Positions 38,711-47,456 of a stretch of DNA of 64,000 nt are shown piece after piece. This DNA is from Minisyncoccia bacterium (GTDB lineage Bacteria > Patescibacteriota > Minisyncoccia > Phycocordibacterales > Phycocordibacteraceae). Made by a program: the position numbers and the translations under genes. The notes under the pieces are model-generated. The model did not search any database and had not been told where the DNA came from. It saw only the letters and a list, made by a program, of their open reading frames with translations. The stretch covers positions 38,902-102,901 of the forward strand of contig JBAQPM010000006.1 in NCBI GenBank assembly GCA_049305795.1. The letters run 5' to 3'. Within the stretch, counting starts at the first letter, position 1. Each line of letters opens with the position of its first letter.

Positions 38711-38956
38711 ATGGCAAAGACCTTCCACGCGACCATTGCAAAAGTAGGTGAGAATCTCTTTAACGGGGAAGTCATTTCGCTCACCCTTCCGGGCGCTAGC
38801 GGCGTGCTTACGGTGCTTGCCAATCACGCGCCGCTCGTTTGCGAACTCAAAGCCGGACAGATAGAAATAAAGGCTACAGACGGAACTGCGCAAAGCGTTC
38901 TTGTTGAGCGGGGAGTTTTGGAAGTGTCGAGCAATCAGGCGACGGTGCTCTTATAA
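38711..38956 (+). CDS. atpC: F0F1 ATP synthase subunit epsilon, N-terminal beta-sandwich only (81 aa)
   Basis: The operon position and epsilon N-domain pattern support the call. The C-terminal helical hairpin is absent. Confidence 0.75.
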   Translation: MAKTFHATIAKVGENLFNGEVISLTLPGASGVLTVLANHAPLVCELKAGQIEIKATDGTAQSVLVERGVLEVSSNQATVLL

Positions 38957-38983
38957 GTTTTCTCGACGTGATATTCTATAGGT

Positions 38984-39214
38984 ATGTCGATAAAAAGTTT
39001 TCTCACCTCACAGGTACTCAAATATAAAATGAAGGATGTTCCGGAAGAAAAACGGAACCAAATCATCGGTTTTGTCGAAAAAGATCCTGAACTTTTCAAA
39101 AAAATAGGTGCAGAAATCGAGCGCAGGAAAAAAGGAGGCGAGAGCGAAATGAAGGCAACGATGGACGTGATGAAAAAATATCGTGCCGAACTTGCGGCAC
39201 TCACGCAAAAATAA
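38984..39214 (+). CDS. hypothetical protein (76 aa)
   Basis: The frame is coding-like, with no family recognised. Confidence 0.45.
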   Translation: MSIKSFLTSQVLKYKMKDVPEEKRNQIIGFVEKDPELFKKIGAEIERRKKGGESEMKATMDVMKKYRAELAALTQK

Positions 39215-39217
39215 CCT

Positions 39218-39781
39218 ATGCTTACGTCGCTCGCGACGGTTTTGGTGATGCTTCACGCCTTTGGCAGCGCCCTTGGCGCCGGCGGCGTAACGTTTGCCGA
39301 AATTTTCTACACTAAGGCAACAGCAGATGGTGTCGTTGATACGCGCGAACGTGAGTGGTTTTCAACAACCTTTTGGGCTCTTCGCTGGGGCATGACGATG
39401 GTGCTTTTCTCCGGACTCGCGCTCGCGGTTTTGCAGGTTGCGATGATGCAATCATCAGAAATACTCGCGTACGAATCTCTGTGGAAGCAAAATACACTCG
39501 CCCTTATCATTGCCGTGTCAGCATGGCTGCTTGTCATAAAGAGACTCTCTTTTAAAACGACGTCGGCAATAATTTTCACCGCGTGGTGGATGATGTTTTT
39601 TCTTGATGTGTGGAAAGGAATTTCTTTTAGTTATTTCTCTTTTATTTTCTCGTATGTGATTGCGGTGTTCTTTTCACTTTTTGTGTGGGAATACGCACGT
39701 GCACTGGCGCATCGAAAAGCACTGAAAAGAATTATTCACAGAAAAGAACACGAATTTAAAGCGCATTCTGGGCATTCATAG
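39218..39781 (+). CDS. hypothetical polytopic membrane protein (187 aa)
   Basis: It has 4-5 hydrophobic helices. Confidence 0.5.
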   Translation: MLTSLATVLVMLHAFGSALGAGGVTFAEIFYTKATADGVVDTREREWFSTTFWALRWGMTMVLFSGLALAVLQVAMMQSSEILAYESLWKQNTLALIIAVSAWLLVIKRLSFKTTSAIIFTAWWMMFFLDVWKGISFSYFSFIFSYVIAVFFSLFVWEYARALAHRKALKRIIHRKEHEFKAHSGHS

Positions 39782-39795
39782 GCTACACTTCACCT

Positions 39796-40371
39796 ATGCG
39801 TATTTTTCTTTTGCTCGGGCATCCTGATTCAAGTCCCGAACCACTTTCACGTCATGTTGCTGATGCGTATGAACGTGCGGCAAAACAAGCGGGACACGAG
39901 GTTCGTCGCATGAACATAAGCGACATGGCATTTGATCCAGTGTTACATCATGGATACCGAGAGCGCATGAATCTCGAACCAGACCTTCTTAAAGTTCAGG
40001 AAAACATCACCTGGTGCGAACATTTCGTATTGGCCTATCCAAACTGGTGGGGAGGTATGCCCGCACTCCTCAAAGGCATGTGGGACCGCATGTTCTTGCC
40101 ACGCTTCGCTTTTTCCATGCACAAAAATAGACTCGGATGGGACCGTCTCCTTAAAGGCCGCACAGCCCGAGTGTTTATCATGTGTGGAAATCCGCCCATT
40201 CTTGATTACATTGCCTTTGGTAATTTTGCCGCTTCCATCGGCTGGTCCATTTTGCGTTTTGCCGGATTCAAAACACGCATTACCTCTTTTGGTCCCTCCG
40301 AAAATCCTTCAGAGTCAAGACACGCCCGCTTCATTAGAAAAGTAGAATGTTTTGCTCAAAAAGGAAAATAG
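39796..40371 (+). CDS. flavodoxin-like-fold NAD(P)H-dependent oxidoreductase (Flavodoxin_2/NQO-like)
   Basis: The N-terminus MRIFLLLGHPD...SRH and the WGGMPALLKGMWDR pattern match the family. Confidence 0.7.
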   Translation: MRIFLLLGHPDSSPEPLSRHVADAYERAAKQAGHEVRRMNISDMAFDPVLHHGYRERMNLEPDLLKVQENITWCEHFVLAYPNWWGGMPALLKGMWDRMFLPRFAFSMHKNRLGWDRLLKGRTARVFIMCGNPPILDYIAFGNFAASIGWSILRFAGFKTRITSFGPSENPSESRHARFIRKVECFAQKGK

Positions 40372-40476
40372 CTGCTCTGTCTCGGTACATACATTTGAAT
40401 ATTTTATATTGAATATGTTACTCTAGAAAAAGTAGTAAAAGCTCTGTTAATCAATCAACTTGGGCGTATTGCCTAG

Positions 40477-40992
40477 ATGGAGGCTCCAATGAGTTCGTTT
40501 TATATCCAGAAGACAATCAAGCTCGGTCTCTACAAAACCCCCGACAAATACTACGAAGCCTTAAATGAAATGGGCGCGTTCTACGATGACCGCATCATTG
40601 GCGACAAGGAAGTTAGAAAGGAAATCAGGTGTTCACAAATTGAGACCGAAGTCGATCTCGTTTTGCGCTCGAGTGCAGATCTCGGCTTCAAAATAAGATA
40701 TCCGGTAAAAGAGGTGAAATATCGCGATGTTTGTGCCAGAGCCGTCGAATCAGGATTTCAACTTTGTCCTGCAGAAATGGGTCCCGCCCTACGACTTCAG
40801 TACAAGGATCAGTCTCGTGGCCGGGCGGTATATATTGGAATGGATCCGATTATTGACCGGGAGGGTGTCAATCGCATATTCGTCGTGGGGCGTGGGTATG
40901 ATAACGGCCTTTTCTGGTTGATTGGTGACCACATTGCTGATCGTTATGGAATCACTGTTGAAACCCCGCTTGTCTTTATTTGTCCTCGGTAG
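40477..40992 (+). CDS. hypothetical protein (171 aa)
   Basis: A strong terminator follows. Confidence 0.45.
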   Translation: MEAPMSSFYIQKTIKLGLYKTPDKYYEALNEMGAFYDDRIIGDKEVRKEIRCSQIETEVDLVLRSSADLGFKIRYPVKEVKYRDVCARAVESGFQLCPAEMGPALRLQYKDQSRGRAVYIGMDPIIDREGVNRIFVVGRGYDNGLFWLIGDHIADRYGITVETPLVFICPR

Positions 40993-41006
40993 AATTCCTG
41001 TCTCCC

Positions 41007-41050
41007 CCGTCAGAAGCACGATGCTTCTGACGGGGGTTTCTTTTTTATAT
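41007..41050 (+). terminator. rho-independent terminator
   Basis: The hairpin is cccccgtcagaagc-acgat-gcttctgacggggg followed by tttctttttt. Confidence 0.75.
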
Positions 41051-41071
41051 ACAAAGCCGTAGAGTCTATAC

Positions 41072-42169
41072 ATGCTTCGAATCGGAATCGTTGGACTCCC
41101 AAACGTCGGTAAATCGACGCTTTTTAATGCACTCACCAAACAAAGCGTGCCAGCGGAGAATTATCCTTTTTGCACCATCGAACCCTCAGTGGGCATTGTT
41201 GGGGTTCCTGACGAGCGCCTCAACGCCCTTGCTGATCTCTCAAAGAGCGAAAAGGTCATTCCCGCAGCTGTCGAGTTTGTCGATATTGCAGGACTCGTAA
41301 AAGGAGCTTCGGAAGGCGAGGGACTTGGAAACCAGTTTCTCACACACATCCGTGAAGTGGACGCCATCCTTGAAATGGTCCGCTTTTTTGACGATCCTGA
41401 TATCACGCACGTGCATGGTGATGTTGACCCGGTGCGTGATATTGAAATTATCAATCTTGAGCTTGTGCTTGCCGACCGCGAACAAGTGACCAAGCGTCTT
41501 GAAAAAATAACTCGCGATGTACGCGCAGGAAACAAAGATGCCATCGCAGAAGAGATAGCACTTAAGAAACTTGAACAAACCCTTTCGGAAGGAAAGATGG
41601 CAAATCGAGCTGGTCTCACAAAAGAAGAACTTGCACTTGTGCGATCACAAAACCTCCTCACTCTAAAACCAATTCTGTATTCTTTTAACGGAAAATCAGG
41701 CGGACACAACCTTTCAGAACTCCAAGATGGTCGCGCCGAGAAAGCCTATGATTTCGTCACGTCACTTGGCTCAAAATATGTACATGTGGATGCGGCAACC
41801 GAGCGCGAGTTGAATGATGTGGCAGCCGGGGATCAGGAAATGTTTCGCCAAGAGCTTGGTGTGCAGGTAAACGGCCTTACCGAGCTTATCCGTGGCGCAT
41901 ACGAAACACTTGGTCTCATTACTTTTTTTACTACGGGTCCCAAAGAAACGCGTGCGTGGACGGTTCTTCAGGATGCCACCGCGCCCGAAGCGGGCGCGGC
42001 CATCCACACGGATTTCAAAGACAAATTTATTCGCGCCGAAGTAGTTGCGGTAGCGGACCTCTTAAGTGCTGGTTCCTATGCTGCTGCACGCGAACAGGCA
42101 AAAGTCAGGACAGAAGGAAAAGAATACAGCGTGAAAGACGGCGACGTCATGGTTTTCCTACATAGTTGA
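41072..42169 (+). CDS. ychF: redox-regulated ribosome-binding ATPase YchF (Obg-like)
   Basis: The G1 motif is GIVGLPNVGKST. The C-terminal TGS domain (KVRTEGKEYSVKDGDVMVF) is present. Confidence 0.9.
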   Translation: MLRIGIVGLPNVGKSTLFNALTKQSVPAENYPFCTIEPSVGIVGVPDERLNALADLSKSEKVIPAAVEFVDIAGLVKGASEGEGLGNQFLTHIREVDAILEMVRFFDDPDITHVHGDVDPVRDIEIINLELVLADREQVTKRLEKITRDVRAGNKDAIAEEIALKKLEQTLSEGKMANRAGLTKEELALVRSQNLLTLKPILYSFNGKSGGHNLSELQDGRAEKAYDFVTSLGSKYVHVDAATERELNDVAAGDQEMFRQELGVQVNGLTELIRGAYETLGLITFFTTGPKETRAWTVLQDATAPEAGAAIHTDFKDKFIRAEVVAVADLLSAGSYAAAREQAKVRTEGKEYSVKDGDVMVFLHS

Positions 42170-42175
42170 TTCAGT

Positions 42176-42290
42176 GGTCGAAATAGATATGTTACTGCGG
42201 GAGTACGCGTAATTTTTCTGCTGAAAAATTCGCTCACTCTCACGCCGTCGCGTTCCGAGAGCCTCTCCTCGTAACATATCTATTTCGACC
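42176..42290. repeat. 20-bp perfect inverted repeat (imperfectly extended to about 27 bp) with a ~75-nt loop
   Basis: GGTCGAAATAGATATGTTAC (42176-42195) pairs with GTAACATATCTATTTCGACC (42271-42290). The loop contains a nested hairpin aattttt-ctgctg-aaaaatt. Confidence 0.7.
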
Positions 42291-42335
42291 CCGGCTTGTA
42301 TGTAGTGATTTTATGGTGTGGTATAATTTGTCATT

Positions 42336-43292
42336 ATGGAAAACACACCCGTTGCAAAAGCAGAACCGAAAGATTTTTTTCTCTGGGCCGGTGCGCTTAT
42401 AGCACTCTATGCCGCTATCACATCATTCATCACTCTCCTTTTTGAATACATAAATTATTCGTTTCCAGATTCTCTTGCCGGATGGAGCGACCCGTATAGC
42501 GGCAGCATCCGCTTTTCAATGGCAGCACTTATTGTGCTCGCGCCAACTGTGCTCATCCTCATGCGTCTCATTCGAAACAGCATCGCCGCACATCCAGAAA
42601 AGGCAACTGTGTGGGTGCGAAGGTGGGCACTCATGCTCACGCTTTTTGCCGCCGGAGCAACCATTGTTATTGATCTCATTACGCTCCTTTACACATTTCT
42701 CGGGGGAGAAATATCGACCCGATTTTCCCTTAAGGTTGCCGTCATCTTGCTTGTTGCTGTGCTCGTATTCCTTCATTTTCTTGCCGACATAAAAGGCTAT
42801 TGGATACGGGAACGAGCCAAGGCAAACCTGGTTGGAATTGCAGTGTTTGTACTCGCACTTCTTTCGGTGGTTGCTGGTTTCTTTATCGTTGGTAGTCCAA
42901 ACGATATTCGCATGGTTCGTTACGATGAACGCAAGGTTTCTGATCTTCAGGCGATTCAATGGGAGCTCGTTAATTTTTGGCAACAAAAGCAGACTCTTCC
43001 AAAAACTCTCGATGAACTAAAAGATCCACTCAGCTCGTTCATGGTCCCTATGGATATCCAGACAGACGCGCCGTATGTATATGAAGTTGTTGATGCGCGT
43101 TCGTTCAAGCTCTGCGCCACGTTCAATCGCGAAACGCAGGATACCAAAGGACGCGGCGAGTATCCGGCCTATTACGATACATCCCTTGGTTCGGGAGGTA
43201 CCTTTGAAAATTGGAAACATGGGGAAGGGGTAACGTGCTTCACGCGCACCATTGATCCGCAGCGTTATCCTCCTCTTACCAAGGGCATATAA
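42336..43292 (+). CDS. DUF5671-like membrane protein
   Basis: A 6-TM N-terminal half is followed by a soluble C-terminal domain. The architecture is common in Patescibacteria. Confidence 0.5.
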   Translation: MENTPVAKAEPKDFFLWAGALIALYAAITSFITLLFEYINYSFPDSLAGWSDPYSGSIRFSMAALIVLAPTVLILMRLIRNSIAAHPEKATVWVRRWALMLTLFAAGATIVIDLITLLYTFLGGEISTRFSLKVAVILLVAVLVFLHFLADIKGYWIRERAKANLVGIAVFVLALLSVVAGFFIVGSPNDIRMVRYDERKVSDLQAIQWELVNFWQQKQTLPKTLDELKDPLSSFMVPMDIQTDAPYVYEVVDARSFKLCATFNRETQDTKGRGEYPAYYDTSLGSGGTFENWKHGEGVTCFTRTIDPQRYPPLTKGI

Positions 43293-43305
43293 GGGGCCAG
43301 GTTCC

Positions 43306-46203
43306 ATGCGGGGATACGACCATCGGGAGATAGAAAAACGTACCCAGGAAAAATGGGCGGCTTCGGAGCTGTACGTTACCGATCTCTCAGATAAAGAAAA
43401 AGAACCGTACTATCTTTTAACGGAATTTCCGTATCCATCAGGCGACCTTCACATTGGTCACTGGTATGCCTTTGCTATACCTGATATCTTTGCACGCTAT
43501 CTGCGCATGAAAGGGAAAAATGTACTTTTCCCTGTTGGTTTTGATGCCTTCGGTCTTCCTGCTGAAAACGCTGCTTTCAAAAATGGTGCGGATCCGAAAG
43601 AGTGGACGTATGCAAACATGGACCGCATGCGCACCCAGCTTAAAAGCATGGGAACCTCTTTTGATTGGTCTAAAGAAGTTGTTACTGCAGAACCCTCTTA
43701 CTACAAATGGACCCAGTGGCTTTTTGCGAAGCTCTTTGAGCATGGTCTTGCGACGCGAAAAGAAGCTCCAGTGAAATGGTGTCCGAAAGACCAGACGGTG
43801 CTTGCAAACGAACAGGTGATTGATGGGAAGTGTGAACGTTGTGGCACTGAGGTTGAAGAAAAAAGACTTACGCAGTGGTTTATGAAAATCACCGAGTATG
43901 CTGATCGGCTGCTCTCTGATTTAGACGCACTTCCGTGGCGCGAAGACATTAAGGACGCGCAGCGTACGTGGATAGGAAAGTCCGAAGGGGCCAAAATCAA
44001 GTTTAGAGTCAAGGGTCAAGAGTTACCGGAAGCTCATGACTCGCAACTTTCAACTCATGACTTCATTGAAGTGTTTACGACGCGTCCTGAAACTATTTTT
44101 GGTGCAACTTATCTCGTAATTGCACCGGAACACCCACTCGTGGCCCAGCTTGCAGGGAGCGACTTGCCGGGAGCAGTGAAAAATGTAGAAGAGGTACAGA
44201 AATATATTGAAGCAACAAAGAAAAAGACCGAGCGTGAACGATCAGAAAATAAGGAAAAAACAGGAATCAAACTTGAAGGTATGGTTGCGATTAATCCCGC
44301 AACGAAAGAAGAAATCCCAGTGTATGTTGGAGAGTATGTACTCGGTTCATACGGCACGGGCGCTCTCATGGCCGTGCCGGCGCACGATGAGCGAGATTTC
44401 GAATTTGCAAAGAAACATACCATTCCTGTGCGTCATGTAGTTATTCCTCGATTCATTGACGAGAGAAACCCACATGTTCCGGGTAAGGAATTGGTCCCTC
44501 GAAACATCATCATTGGCATTGTGTACGATCCAAAGACGGGAAAATATTTGGGCCTCAAATGGAAGAAACAATCGTGGACGACATTTATTACAGGCGGCAT
44601 CGATGGCGATGAGGATCCCGTGGACGCGGCGCGCCGAGAGATACACGAAGAGACAGGATACAAAAATTTGAAATATATCCGCACACTTGGTGGACCGACA
44701 CAATCGGAATTTTTTGCCGCGCATAAAGACGTAAATCGCATTACCCGAGCGACAAGCATTCTTTTTGAACTTGAAGACGAAGAACGAGACGAGGTGGGGA
44801 TTGAAGAGTTAGAACAACATGAAGTTGCTTGGCTCGACGAGTCTGATGTTACACGAGAAAAAATGCAGCATGCAGAACTCGACATTATTCGATTCCGACT
44901 CTTAAACGAGGAAGCCGATTACTATACGGAACCCGGGATACTCACCGATTCAGGGATTTTTTCAGGTCGTGAAAGCGAGGAGGCAAAATGGGACATTGTC
45001 GAGGCGGTCGGTGGGGAACGCACCACGCAATACCGCATGCGAGACTGGCTTGTGTCGAGACAGCGTTACTGGGGGTGTCCTATTCCAGTTGTCTACGACC
45101 CAGAAGGCAGGGCACATTTGGTGCCTGCAGAGCATCTTCCCTGGCTTCTTCCGACGGACGTGGATTTCACGCCGACAGGAAAATCCCCACTCGCTTCTTC
45201 AAAAGAACTTCACGAGCGCGTTACGAAAATTTTTGGTGAAGGATGGACACCAGAGTATGACACACTCGATACCTTCGTAGATTCCTCCTGGTATTTCTTG
45301 CGTTATCTCGACGCGAAAGACTCGCATGATTTTTCTGATCAGGGGTTGATGAAACAGTGGCTTCCCATAAACCGCTACTCAGGTGGAAGTGAACACACCA
45401 CGATGCATCTTTTGTATGCACGCTTCTTCCACAAAGCACTGTACGATTTGGCACTTGTCCCAACTCCAGAGCCTTTCAATGAACGATTCAATCGTGGACT
45501 CATTATGGGAACTGACGGACAAAAAATGAGCAAGCGATGGGGAAATGTGGTAAATCCCGACGAAATGGTGGAGCGTTATGGCGCGGATGCGGTGCGGGTC
45601 TACCTTGCTTTCATTGGGCCTTATAACGAACCAGGCCACTACCCTTGGAATCTTGAAGGGGTTTCTTCCATGCGGAAGTTTTTGGAGCGTATTGCAGCAC
45701 TTTCTGAAAACCTTTCGGACGACAGTGCTACGGAAAATATATTACGCGCCTTTGCAAAAACCCAAACGAAGTTGGATGCGGATATCGAACGATTCAAACT
45801 CAACACTGCCGTTTCTGCGCTTATGGTGCTCGTGCGCGACCTTGAAGCTCTTTCTAATGTGCCTAAAAGCGCATGCCAAGACCTTCTTCGTTTTGTTGCT
45901 CCTTTCGCACCACATCTTGCAGAACATCTATGGGAACAGACAGGAGGAGGGGGGAGTGTCCACATGGCACCTTGGCCAACGTTTGACCCTTCACTTTTGA
46001 TTGAAGATACTGTTTCGGTGGTTGTGCAGGTAAATGGAAAACGACGTGCAAATATTTCTGTTTCTCCAGATGCTGACGAAGCAGTGGTTGTAAAAGAGGC
46101 TCGTGTGCTCCCTTCTGTGGAGACGGCACTCTCTGGAAAAGAGCCAATTCGGGTGATCTATGTGCCCGGGAAAATACTTAACCTGGTGACAAAGCAGGCT
46201 TAA
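43306..46203 (+). CDS. leuS: leucyl-tRNA synthetase carrying an inserted NUDIX hydrolase domain
   Basis: Class I motifs HIGH (HIGHWY) and KMSKR are present. The CP1 editing region runs TTRPETIFGATYLVIAPEH...GTGALMAVPAHDERDFEF. Before RMRDWLVSRQRYWG lies a ~125-aa insert (nt ~44485-44870) with a perfect Nudix box GGIDGDEDPVDAARREIHEETGY. Confidence 0.9.
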   Translation: MRGYDHREIEKRTQEKWAASELYVTDLSDKEKEPYYLLTEFPYPSGDLHIGHWYAFAIPDIFARYLRMKGKNVLFPVGFDAFGLPAENAAFKNGADPKEWTYANMDRMRTQLKSMGTSFDWSKEVVTAEPSYYKWTQWLFAKLFEHGLATRKEAPVKWCPKDQTVLANEQVIDGKCERCGTEVEEKRLTQWFMKITEYADRLLSDLDALPWREDIKDAQRTWIGKSEGAKIKFRVKGQELPEAHDSQLSTHDFIEVFTTRPETIFGATYLVIAPEHPLVAQLAGSDLPGAVKNVEEVQKYIEATKKKTERERSENKEKTGIKLEGMVAINPATKEEIPVYVGEYVLGSYGTGALMAVPAHDERDFEFAKKHTIPVRHVVIPRFIDERNPHVPGKELVPRNIIIGIVYDPKTGKYLGLKWKKQSWTTFITGGIDGDEDPVDAARREIHEETGYKNLKYIRTLGGPTQSEFFAAHKDVNRITRATSILFELEDEERDEVGIEELEQHEVAWLDESDVTREKMQHAELDIIRFRLLNEEADYYTEPGILTDSGIFSGRESEEAKWDIVEAVGGERTTQYRMRDWLVSRQRYWGCPIPVVYDPEGRAHLVPAEHLPWLLPTDVDFTPTGKSPLASSKELHERVTKIFGEGWTPEYDTLDTFVDSSWYFLRYLDAKDSHDFSDQGLMKQWLPINRYSGGSEHTTMHLLYARFFHKALYDLALVPTPEPFNERFNRGLIMGTDGQKMSKRWGNVVNPDEMVERYGADAVRVYLAFIGPYNEPGHYPWNLEGVSSMRKFLERIAALSENLSDDSATENILRAFAKTQTKLDADIERFKLNTAVSALMVLVRDLEALSNVPKSACQDLLRFVAPFAPHLAEHLWEQTGGGGSVHMAPWPTFDPSLLIEDTVSVVVQVNGKRRANISVSPDADEAVVVKEARVLPSVETALSGKEPIRVIYVPGKILNLVTKQA

Positions 46204-46299
46204 AAACTGCTTTTTAAGGGCCCCTTGACTCTATTTCACCATTTTGGTATAAATAATACCACATTTGACTTATATTAAACGAACGTAGACCCGACCCGT

Positions 46300-47370
46300 A
46301 TGGTAAAAAAATCCAAGACCGCCCCAAAACGAGCAACAAGCACTGCTCCGCTTTCCCTTGATACGGTTACGTCTGTAAAGCGTCTCCTTGCCGAGGTTCC
46401 TGAGCGTGCCCGCGAAGTGCTTATGTATCGTTTTGGTCTTGGAACAAGCGCCGAGCGTCAGACCCTCGAAGAGATTGGGGAACGCTGGGATATTACGCGC
46501 GAGCGCGTTCGTCAAATTGAAAGTGCTGGCCTTGAGGCAGTTCGTGGAAGTAAAACATTTCGCGAACTCGAGCCTATTTTTGAAAACCTTCGCGCGCACA
46601 TTGCAAACCTTGGAGGCATTGTTCCGGAAGATGAACTTCTTGAAAATCTTGCGAAAGATGAAAAAACCCGCAATCGGTATCGATTTCTTTTAGTTGTTGG
46701 AAGCGCTTTTTTCCGTGAACGCGAAACTGATGATTTCTATGCGCGTTGGCACGTAGATCACAAAACTGCAGAAGCAGTGCATGATGCTCTTTCTCGTCTG
46801 TACACATCACTGCCCGACAGCGACGTGCTTCCCGAAGGTGAGCTCATGGACCATTTCCTTGATGAGCTCAAAAGCGTCAACGACGCCTATAAAAATGAGG
46901 AAGTATTGAAGCGTTGGCTTTCTCTTTCAAAAACCATTGCAGCCAACCCGCTTGCCGAGTGGGGACGGGCAAGCTCTCCTACGGTTCGTACAAAAGGTGT
47001 TCGTGATTATGCGTATCTCGTTATAAAACAGCACGGCAAGCCGATGCACTTTTCTGATGTGGCAAAGACCATTAGCGGCATGTTTGCGAAAAAAGCGCAT
47101 GTTGCGACAACGCACAACGAACTCATTAAAGACTCTCGCTTTGTTTTGGTTGGTCGTGGACTCTACGCGCTTGCAGAATGGGGATATCAGCCAGGCGTTG
47201 TGCGCGACGTGATTCGTGATGTTCTTAAGAAAAAAGGTTCGCTCACCAAAGAACAGGTCATGGATGAAGTAAAAAAGGTCCGTTACGTAAAAGACAATAC
47301 TATTCTTGTAAACCTCAACGACGCACGCAACTTCAAGCGCGCAAAAGACGGTACCTACGCTGCAGTGTAA
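46300..47370 (+). CDS. sigma-70 region-4 HTH plus HARE-HTH-like domain protein
   Basis: N-terminal region 4 reads RQTLEEIGERWDITRERVRQIESAGLEAVR. The C-terminal segment KPMHFSDVAKTISGMF...DSRFVLVGRGLYALAEWGY resembles HARE-HTH. Confidence 0.55.
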   Translation: MVKKSKTAPKRATSTAPLSLDTVTSVKRLLAEVPERAREVLMYRFGLGTSAERQTLEEIGERWDITRERVRQIESAGLEAVRGSKTFRELEPIFENLRAHIANLGGIVPEDELLENLAKDEKTRNRYRFLLVVGSAFFRERETDDFYARWHVDHKTAEAVHDALSRLYTSLPDSDVLPEGELMDHFLDELKSVNDAYKNEEVLKRWLSLSKTIAANPLAEWGRASSPTVRTKGVRDYAYLVIKQHGKPMHFSDVAKTISGMFAKKAHVATTHNELIKDSRFVLVGRGLYALAEWGYQPGVVRDVIRDVLKKKGSLTKEQVMDEVKKVRYVKDNTILVNLNDARNFKRAKDGTYAAV

Positions 47371-47390
47371 GTTCATACTAGTATATCGAA

Positions 47391-47426
47391 AAAAGAAATC
47401 ACCCGAGAGGGTGATTTCTTTTTTCT
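47391..47426 (+). terminator. rho-independent terminator
   Basis: The hairpin gaaatcaccc-gagag-ggtgatttc is followed by tttttt. Its core is the same as the terminator at 4036. Confidence 0.65.
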
Positions 47427-47456
47427 CAAGTCCCGTTACGGGTTATACTGCTTGAT

